Shown piece after piece: positions 57,090 to 64,000 of a stretch of 64,000 bases of DNA. Each line of letters starts with the position of its first letter. Positions within the stretch are counted from its first letter, which is position 1. The translations under genes were made by a program, and so were the position numbers. Below the pieces are notes generated by a model. It had not been told where the DNA came from. It saw only the letters and a program-made list of their open reading frames with translations, and searched no databases. Source of the stretch: Cellvibrionaceae bacterium (lineage in GTDB: Bacteria; Pseudomonadota; Gammaproteobacteria; Pseudomonadales; Cellvibrionaceae); the NCBI GenBank assembly GCA_047633635.1, contig JBLIFG010000003.1, positions 31,273 to 95,272 on the forward strand, given 5' to 3'.

Positions 57090-58682
57090 TTAATTTGTAT
57101 CGCGAATAATTTGCTCTTGAATGGTTTGCCAGTTGAGCACCGAATCTTGCTTGGATGCATTGTTGAAACAACATGGGCTGCGCGGGCAAGAGCTGTTGCG
57201 TGGGCAGATAAGGCGAGCTGGGTTATCGATCCCGCGCTCAACCCATGCCACGTTGAGTATTTTAGCGACACTCATTAATTCTTTTTTTATACGTTGAGGA
57301 ATAGAAGCCGTGCCGCCCTCTTTTAGGCAAGCGGCTTTTAGCTCAAACGCTAAGGCTCGAGCATCCCCACCTTGGGATTCAATCGCTGGATTTAGATCGA
57401 GACCGGCACACAGTACATGGCTATTACCCGCAAGATCGTGCACTTTGACCGATTCACAAGAATAAATTCTAGGTTCGTTATTGGCCTCTAAAATAGAAAT
57501 TTGGGAAGAACTTTCTTTAGAGGGGGAATCGATCATACGAAATACGGCCCAGTGTTGACACGGATCTTGCACCATCCGCATGTTGCCCCAAGGCAGCGGG
57601 ATACCATTGCCGCGATAAACCGCCTTGAGCTTACCTGGTGGGTAGGCATCAAAATAATGCCAATGTGGATATGGCGATACCGCCGTCATGCGTCGCATCA
57701 CTACTGAAGCCGACACCTGCACCATATGACGGACACTGATCTCGTAATTATAACGGTCTAATAATTGTCTAAATGGCACCTTAGGACACAACAACGCACT
57801 GGCAAAAAAACTACACTCAAAATCACGCCATGCATTCAAAATATCTTGGGCATCCAACGAGTTTTCGGATTCTGAATTGTTATCGAGCACAGAGCCACCA
57901 CCGGCAACCGAGATACTTTTAAAGCTTTCGTTACCGTGCAGCACCCGATGCCCAATTTGTACCGCCAAATCATATTTGAGTCGCATCGGACGTAGCTTAA
58001 GTATGCTATTGATATAAATACGATTGGGTGGGGCGAAGAACGAGCGCACTAAATTTTTAGAGTTGCCACCCATCTCTTCTTGTATTTCATCGGGCAGTCT
58101 GTCGAACCAATGAATCTCTAAGCCCATGTTTTTGCAAATATCAATCACCGCCTCAAGACTTAGAGGCATTTGTTTATGGCCAACCTCCTCGGCCGCACGC
58201 TCTAAATCGGGAAAATGATTTTGCTGTTGCTCTTGATGAGCACGAATCAGTAAATGCGCAAACTGCTGACCGGAGACACCCGTCTGCGAGAGCATTTCGG
58301 GGACAACGCTTTCTAAAATATCGTTAGCAAAAAGAAATTTAGGCTCGAGAGACATCCCCGAGATACCGCCGCGCTTGCCCTTTACCGGTCTTATAGCCTC
58401 TTCTTCTGGGGTGTCGTCTAAAAACCAACTCACCTCTTTTTGAAACACCTGCGCAATGCCTGCTAGCATTTCTGCGCTAGGAAAACGCTTACCGCGTTCG
58501 ATCATCGATAAATAAGAAATCGAGGGTGCAACAGTATTGTGATTGGTTATACAACGAGCGGATAAGTCTTCCATGGTTAGATTATTGCGCTTACGTAAAT
58601 TACGTATCTTGGTACCCAAAAAGTGAGCATTGCGCATTATGCCTTTAGTTTTCTTCATGATTCTCTTCTCCGCCTCACACAT
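57090..58682 (-). CDS. XRE-family HTH regulator of the short-chain fatty acyl-CoA regulator (ScfR / RamB / PrpR-like) type
   Basis: N-terminal HTH (LGTKIRNLRKRNNLTMEDLS...SYLSMIERGKR), a central DUF955-like region and a C-terminal Cys cluster CPRNSSCPRSPCC. It is divergent from glcB. The likely start is at 58658. Confidence 0.75.
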   Translation of the reverse strand: MCEAEKRIMKKTKGIMRNAHFLGTKIRNLRKRNNLTMEDLSARCITNHNTVAPSISYLSMIERGKRFPSAEMLAGIAQVFQKEVSWFLDDTPEEEAIRPVKGKRGGISGMSLEPKFLFANDILESVVPEMLSQTGVSGQQFAHLLIRAHQEQQQNHFPDLERAAEEVGHKQMPLSLEAVIDICKNMGLEIHWFDRLPDEIQEEMGGNSKNLVRSFFAPPNRIYINSILKLRPMRLKYDLAVQIGHRVLHGNESFKSISVAGGGSVLDNNSESENSLDAQDILNAWRDFECSFFASALLCPKVPFRQLLDRYNYEISVRHMVQVSASVVMRRMTAVSPYPHWHYFDAYPPGKLKAVYRGNGIPLPWGNMRMVQDPCQHWAVFRMIDSPSKESSSQISILEANNEPRIYSCESVKVHDLAGNSHVLCAGLDLNPAIESQGGDARALAFELKAACLKEGGTASIPQRIKKELMSVAKILNVAWVERGIDNPARLICPRNSSCPRSPCCFNNASKQDSVLNWQTIQEQIIRDTN

Positions 58683-58747
58683 TGTTCTATGTTAACGATA
58701 ATGGATTTATCCGCTGTAAATACAAGTAAATAAAAAAGCATATGTCA

Positions 58748-58783
58748 TTTCACAACAACATTTTGTGAAATTTACACTGTAAA
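58748..58783. promoter_or_regulatory. Candidate operator inverted repeats in the regulator/glcB divergent promoter region
   Basis: TTTCACAA-N7-TTGTGAAA (58748-58770) is immediately followed by TTTACA-c-TGTAAA (58771-58783). Confidence 0.3.
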
Positions 58784-58947
58784 ATTTTTATTGTAAAGTT
58801 ATCAAAATATTTACTATACAATGTGATCATGTTGTTAATCAAAGAATTAAACAAATTTTATAGATAGGGTACAATGTCACCTAGTAACTCCGCGCATAAA
58901 TCGTTAAAGCAGTACGAGTTAATAACCCTCCTATAAAACCAGAAATA

Positions 58948-61158
58948 ATGAGTGTAAAAATGACAACAAATAGTTCCAATCAGTCGCTTACTATCAAGAT
59001 AAATGACAGCTTTCGTCATTTTATTGATAATGAAGTAATGCCACTGACACAAGTTAATCCAGATCAGTTTTGGCAAAACCTTCAACATTTGATTGATGAT
59101 CTTGCTCCTCGTAACCGAGAGCTACTCGCTAAACGCGACCTAATACAACAGCAACTTGATGATTGGCACAAAAGCAATGATTATCAATCGACTGACATTG
59201 AAGTCTACAAAGCTTTTCTTAAAGAAATTGGCTATCTAGTAGAAGAAGGCGAAGATTTCTCTATTGAGACTACCAATGTCGATGCTGAAATTGCCACAAT
59301 GGCAGGCCCGCAGCTAGTTGTTCCCCTTAAAAACGCGCGCTTTGCGCTAAACGCAATCAACGCCCGCTGGGGTAGCTTGTACGATGCCCTTTATGGCAGT
59401 GACGTTATCCCTAAAACAGGTAAATTAAAACCTGCCAGAGGTGGTTACAACGAATTGCGCGGCCGCGAAGTGATGAAATATTGCCGCGACTTTCTCGACA
59501 AACACTTTCCACTAGATGATGGCGCGTCTCACCATGACGTGACGCTATATCAGATTTATTATCAGCAATTTACTGCCGTACTAAAAAAAGGCACCTACGT
59601 CGGCCTCAAAGACTCAAAGCAATTTGTCGCGTTTAATGGCTCAAAAAATTCTCCTAACGAAATCATTCTTAAAGACAATGGTCTGCATATTAATCTTCGT
59701 ATCAACCATGCCACCAGTGTTGGCTCTCAAGATGATGCAGGCGTTGAAGATTTACGCGTAGAAGGCGCATTAACCACCATTATGGATTGCGAAGATTCAG
59801 TGACCGCGGTCGATACAGAAGACAAGATAGAGGTTTATCGCAATTGGTTAGGCCTAATGACTGGCAATCTAAGCACCAACTTTCTTAAGGGTGGCAAAAC
59901 TGTTACTCGTGCACTAGAGCGCGACCGTATTTTCACCAATCGTGACGACGAGCCTTATTATGTGCGTCGACGTAGCCTTATGTTTATTCGTAACGTGGGC
60001 CATCTAATGACCATCGATACGATTCAAGATAGCCAAGGTCACAATGTACCTGAAGGCATTCTCGATAGTGTATTTACATCGCTTATAAGCACCATAGACT
60101 TGTCAAATAATGATAAGAATATAACCAACAGTAAGACCGGTAGTATTTACATTGTTAAGCCAAAAATGCACGGCCCTGAAGAGGTGGCATTCACTTGTGA
60201 GCTATTTGGTCGCATCGAACAGTTATTAGACATACCAGAGAACACCATTAAAGTCGGCATTATGGATGAAGAGCGCCGCACTACTGTTAATCTTAAAGAA
60301 TGTATCCGCGCAGCTAAGTCGCGCTGTGTGTTTATCAATACAGGCTTTTTAGATCGTACCGGTGACGAAATGCACACCAGTATGCATGCAGGTGTATTTT
60401 TACCCAAGAAAGATATAAAAGCTCAGCCATGGCTTCAAGCATATGAAGATTGGAATGTTGATATCGGCTTGGAATGCGGCTTATCGGGCAAAGCTCAAAT
60501 TGGTAAAGGCATGTGGGCACAACCAGACGACATGAAAGCAATGATGGATAGCAAGCAAGCGCATCCAGAAGCTGGCGCCAACACAGCTTGGGTTCCATCG
60601 CCAACTGCCGCAATGTTACATGTGCTTCACTATCATGAAGTCAATGTGTTTGAGCGCCAAAAAGAAATTGCAAAGCGCTCGCGTGCAAATATCAACGATA
60701 TTTTAACCATACCGCTTATGCCTAAAGGCAAAACTTTAACCGCTGCAGAAATTGAGCAAGAAATTGAAAACAACGCTCAGAGTATTCTTGGTTATGTTGT
60801 GCGCTGGGTAGACCACGGTGTGGGCTGTTCTAAAGTTCCCGACATTCATAATGTCGCACTGATGGAAGATCGCGCAACCTTGAGAATATCAGCTCAGCTA
60901 CTAGCTAACTGGTTACTCCATGGCGTTACTACCAAGGAGCAAATTACCGCGATATTTAAGCGTATGAGTGCAGTCGTCGACGAGCAAAATGCGAGTGATC
61001 CTGAATATGTTGCAATGGCAACATCGACTGACACAAGCATTGCTTTTAAGGCATCACTTGATCTTGTCATAAAAGGCGCCGAGCAGCCATCGGGCTACAC
61101 CGAACCCTTGCTTCACGCTTATCGCATACAAGTAAAAGCTGCAGCAAAAAAAGCATAG
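58948..61158 (+). CDS. glcB: Malate synthase G
   Basis: 736 aa with full-length resemblance to GlcB-type malate synthases (e.g. MDEERRTTVNLKECI, WVPSPTAA). An alternative start lies at 58960. Confidence 0.95.
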   Translation: MSVKMTTNSSNQSLTIKINDSFRHFIDNEVMPLTQVNPDQFWQNLQHLIDDLAPRNRELLAKRDLIQQQLDDWHKSNDYQSTDIEVYKAFLKEIGYLVEEGEDFSIETTNVDAEIATMAGPQLVVPLKNARFALNAINARWGSLYDALYGSDVIPKTGKLKPARGGYNELRGREVMKYCRDFLDKHFPLDDGASHHDVTLYQIYYQQFTAVLKKGTYVGLKDSKQFVAFNGSKNSPNEIILKDNGLHINLRINHATSVGSQDDAGVEDLRVEGALTTIMDCEDSVTAVDTEDKIEVYRNWLGLMTGNLSTNFLKGGKTVTRALERDRIFTNRDDEPYYVRRRSLMFIRNVGHLMTIDTIQDSQGHNVPEGILDSVFTSLISTIDLSNNDKNITNSKTGSIYIVKPKMHGPEEVAFTCELFGRIEQLLDIPENTIKVGIMDEERRTTVNLKECIRAAKSRCVFINTGFLDRTGDEMHTSMHAGVFLPKKDIKAQPWLQAYEDWNVDIGLECGLSGKAQIGKGMWAQPDDMKAMMDSKQAHPEAGANTAWVPSPTAAMLHVLHYHEVNVFERQKEIAKRSRANINDILTIPLMPKGKTLTAAEIEQEIENNAQSILGYVVRWVDHGVGCSKVPDIHNVALMEDRATLRISAQLLANWLLHGVTTKEQITAIFKRMSAVVDEQNASDPEYVAMATSTDTSIAFKASLDLVIKGAEQPSGYTEPLLHAYRIQVKAAAKKA

Positions 61159-61189
61159 TTTATAGTTGATGACTTAAGTTGATGACTTG

Positions 61190-61219
61190 CAGCCTTAATA
61201 AATTTATTAAGGCTGTTTG
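61190..61219 (+). terminator. Hairpin terminator after glcB
   Basis: CAGCCTTAAT aaattt ATTAAGGCTG followed by TTT. A second hairpin, CTGCTAACCC...GGGGTTAGCAG, lies at about 61230-61260. Confidence 0.6.
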
Positions 61220-61586
61220 AAATAAAATCTGCTAACCCTAGAAGACCTGGGGTTAGCAGAACTAACAAATTATAAGAGAAGTCGGTAATGCACCGCGCCT
61301 AAAACAACTCGACAGTTAGCGCTGCATTATATTTTTGGTTTTTTCAAAGCTTTTATGGCCAGCCTTAACAGTTAGTATTAAGGCCTTTATTAACTCGGCT
61401 TTAAGGGTAAATGGTTTATATTTTAAGCCCATTATAGAGATGAACTTCAGGTTAAACCTGAAGTAACAATGATAATCGATATATGTGGCTGTTTTACATT
61501 TTTAAATAATAGCCGGTAACTTTTTACCAGCGGTATCTACTAGTTTTAAATATAGAACTTTTGTCAAACCAACAGAGAGATGAACA

Positions 61587-63182
61587 ATGTCAACTTACAA
61601 CCAAGACATCGCAGCAGTTGCTGCTCTTCGTGATGCTAACGGCAACGCATGGAACGCCATTAACCCAGAATCTGCAGCGCGCATGCGTGCTCAGAATAAA
61701 TTCAAAACTGGTTTAGAGATCGCTAAGTACACTGCAGACGTTATGCGCGCCGATATGGCGACGTTTGACGGTGACAAGACTAAATATACACAGTCTTTAG
61801 GTTGCTGGCATGGTTTTGTAGGTCAGCAAAAACTGATCTCTATTAAAAAGCACTTCGGTACCACCGACCGAAAATATCTATATCTTTCAGGTTGGATGGT
61901 TGCTGCTTTACGGTCTGACTTTGGTCCACTTCCCGACCAGTCTATGCACGAAAAAACGACGGTTGCTTCTCTGGTTGAGGAGTTATACACCTTTTTACGT
62001 CAAGCTGACGCACGCGAACTAGGCGGCTTGTTTCGCGCTTTAGACGCAGCACGTGAGGCTGGCGATGAAGTCGGTGCTAAAGACATACAAAATAAAATCG
62101 ATGGCCACCAAACTCATGTTGTGCCAATTATTGCCGATATCGATGCAGGCTTCGGTAACGCTGAAGCAACTTACTTAATGGCAAAACAAATGATCGAAGC
62201 CGGTGCTTGCGCGCTGCAGATCGAAAACCAAGTTGCCGATGAAAAACAGTGTGGCCACCAAGACGGTAAAGTTACTGTTCCTCACGCAGATTTCCACTCT
62301 AAAATTCGCGCACTGCGTTATGCTTTTTTAGAGCTAGGTGTTGATAACGGTATTATCGTTTCTCGTACTGACTCTGAAGGTGCGGGCCTCACTAAAGAAA
62401 TCGCTGTTGTTAAAGAGCCTGGCGACCAAGGCGATCGCTACAACTCTTTTCTCGATGTCGAAGAAATAGACGTTGCCGATATGGCTGAAGGCGATGTGTG
62501 CTTCAACCGCAATGGTAAGCTAGTTCGTCCTAAGCGCTTGGCCTCTGGTCTATATCAGTTCCGTCAGGGCACGGGCGAAGAGCGTTGTGTGTTTGATTCC
62601 ATCGAAGCTATTAAAGCCGGTGCCGATCTTCTTTGGATCGAAACTGCGACACCAAACGTTAAAGATATCGCCGACATGATGAATGCAGTTCGTCAAGAGA
62701 TCCCAGATGCAAAACTAGTCTACAACAATAGCCCATCGTTTAACTGGACACTTAACTTCCGTCAACAAACATTTGACACAATGGTTGAAGCTGGTGAAGA
62801 CGTATCGCAATATGATCGTGCCGACTTAATGAACGCTAAGTATGACGAAACTGCACTGTCTGTAAGTGCTGATAATCGTATTCGTACCTTTCAGGCCGAT
62901 ACTGCTCGCGAAGCAAATATCTTCCACCACCTGATCACTCTACCGACCTACCACACAACTGCCCTATCGGTTGATAACCTAGCTAAAGAATACTTTGGTG
63001 AAGCGGGTATGTTGGGTTATGTTGCTGGTGTTCAACGTAAAGAAATTCGTCAAGGTATCGCCTGTGTTAAGCACCAAAACATGTCTGGTTCTGACATGGG
63101 TGACGACCACAAAGAATATTTTGCGGGTGAAAATGCGCTTAAAGCAGGCGGCGCAAAAAACACGTCTAACCAGTTTGGCTAA
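61587..63182 (+). CDS. aceA: Isocitrate lyase (long, about 530-aa subfamily)
   Basis: Catalytic loop EKQCGHQDGK, ADIDAGFG and NNSPSFNW motifs. A strong RBS-like GAGAGA precedes the ATG. Confidence 0.95.
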   Translation: MSTYNQDIAAVAALRDANGNAWNAINPESAARMRAQNKFKTGLEIAKYTADVMRADMATFDGDKTKYTQSLGCWHGFVGQQKLISIKKHFGTTDRKYLYLSGWMVAALRSDFGPLPDQSMHEKTTVASLVEELYTFLRQADARELGGLFRALDAAREAGDEVGAKDIQNKIDGHQTHVVPIIADIDAGFGNAEATYLMAKQMIEAGACALQIENQVADEKQCGHQDGKVTVPHADFHSKIRALRYAFLELGVDNGIIVSRTDSEGAGLTKEIAVVKEPGDQGDRYNSFLDVEEIDVADMAEGDVCFNRNGKLVRPKRLASGLYQFRQGTGEERCVFDSIEAIKAGADLLWIETATPNVKDIADMMNAVRQEIPDAKLVYNNSPSFNWTLNFRQQTFDTMVEAGEDVSQYDRADLMNAKYDETALSVSADNRIRTFQADTAREANIFHHLITLPTYHTTALSVDNLAKEYFGEAGMLGYVAGVQRKEIRQGIACVKHQNMSGSDMGDDHKEYFAGENALKAGGAKNTSNQFG

Positions 63183-63303
63183 AGCAAATTAGCTATAGGA
63201 AATTGTTGTGAGAGTCGTTTAAGAAAAGCTTTGCACTCGGCCTAAAAAAAGTACCTGAGTGCAGCATTTAAAACTCGAGTAGCTATAACTTTTTTCAATA
63301 TAC

Positions 63304-63337
63304 AAAGGCGGTCTTTAACGAAGGCCGCCTTTTTTGT
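63304..63337 (+). terminator. Rho-independent terminator after aceA
   Basis: AAAGGCGG tctttaacgaagg CCGCCTTT followed by TTTT. Confidence 0.75.
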
Positions 63338-63446
63338 TATTGTTTTATAAGTAAAGCCTTACAAACTATCTAAACTAATTTCTGTTACATCAACTCAATG
63401 ATCTTTACGTTAGTATCTTTAGTAATTTCACTTTCAAACTAAGCAA

Positions 63447-64000
63447 ATGATTACGACTATGACCAATATTCCCGCTCTTTTTCAAGACGCTAAAAATCTG
63501 TTAACCGAACAAGGGTTTACAACAAGTAATACCTGGTATCACGGAACATCATCAGCATTGGTCGACTCGATTAAAAACCAGGGTTTGATACGCAGTGGAG
63601 ATAGCGTGTTAAAAGATGCCGCAAAAAAAACAATGGCCACTATCGGCAATATATACACAGAGTCAATCGAACCCGTTTTTTTAACACCGAGTAAAGCATT
63701 AGCATTTTACTGGGCCGAACAAGCCGTGCGTAATCGCAGTGTGCGGATTGAGGATAATGGGCAGCCTGTCGTATTTACTGTAATGCTACCCGATGAATTG
63801 AATCGCCAAGTAAAACCAGATGTAGGTGCTGCGAGCCTACTATTATTAAAAGAGGGTGAGAATTTTATGGCCTATTTGACAGACATTTATCAAACCAATA
63901 GCCTCGATGGTCCTGACATAGACTTAATGCAGGCAGAGCGCAACGAATACTTACGCATATTGGGCATGGCTTATATCAATGCCGACATTGAAGCTTTACA
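63447..64000 (+). CDS. Hypothetical protein, 3'-truncated by the window end
   Basis: The frame is open from the ATG at 63447 to the end of the window (MITTMTNIPALFQDAKNLL...). It is not in the ORF track because no stop is reached, and I recognise no family. Confidence 0.45.
   Translation, partial: MITTMTNIPALFQDAKNLLTEQGFTTSNTWYHGTSSALVDSIKNQGLIRSGDSVLKDAAKKTMATIGNIYTESIEPVFLTPSKALAFYWAEQAVRNRSVRIEDNGQPVVFTVMLPDELNRQVKPDVGAASLLLLKEGENFMAYLTDIYQTNSLDGPDIDLMQAERNEYLRILGMAYINADIEAL

Noticed and set aside
58748-58770. TTTCACAA-N7-TTGTGAAA, considered as a CRP site.
   Set aside because: The half-sites are in the opposite order to the CRP consensus (TCACA...TGTGA rather than TGTGA-N6-TCACA) and the spacing differs. 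I kept it only as a generic candidate operator.
1-64000. A window-wide look for CRISPR arrays, tRNA/rRNA genes, integrases or transposases, IS inverted repeats, and known defence or toxin-antitoxin gene pairs.
   Set aside because: I saw no regularly spaced repeats, no GTTCGAATC-type tRNA T-arm context, no ribosomal RNA blocks, and no ORF with integrase, transposase, nuclease-ATPase or other defence-like motifs. This was a visual scan only and should be confirmed with tRNAscan-SE, Infernal, ISEScan and DefenseFinder/PADLOC.

Overview
This 64-kb chromosomal segment comes from a low-GC (by eye about 40%) gammaproteobacterium. Gene content and synteny look marine, Alteromonadales- or Colwellia-like, but I cannot verify that without a search.

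Most of the window is conserved housekeeping synteny:
- A ChrR-type ECF sigma/anti-sigma pair sits divergent from a SnoaL-SDR-FAD oxidoreductase-DUF1365 operon.
- A two-gene egtB-egtD ergothioneine cluster is present.
- dinB carries a perfect LexA box.
- There is an Ala/Lys-rich histone-H1-like protein gene and glpE.
- There are two GGDEF proteins and selO.
- The rsmI | lpoA-yraN-diaA-dolP block is followed by uup.
- The dcd-DUF427-apbC | metG-rnfABCDGE block is intact.
- An IclR-linked CoA-transferase / enoyl-CoA hydratase / Fe-alcohol dehydrogenase / methylmalonate-semialdehyde dehydrogenase operon matches the acuN-acuK-dddA-dddC acrylate/3-hydroxypropionate pattern.
- The remaining genes are xthA, roxA-like, yaiI and an exported msrA, plus a glyoxylate-shunt locus (ScfR/RamB-like regulator | glcB, aceA).

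The clearly accessory or decayed part is about 17.7-22.3 kb. It holds a multiply interrupted beta-helix-like gene (possibly DUF3494/ice-binding-like), a frameshifted Rhs/YD-repeat core remnant, and a small membrane-anchored ORF broken by an in-frame TAG.

I found no rRNA, tRNA, CRISPR array, intact mobile element or recognisable defence system. I do not see a convincing novel multi-gene system. The best leads are the ones listed in the findings. All family calls rest on motifs read from the translations and on remembered synteny, and no database search was run.
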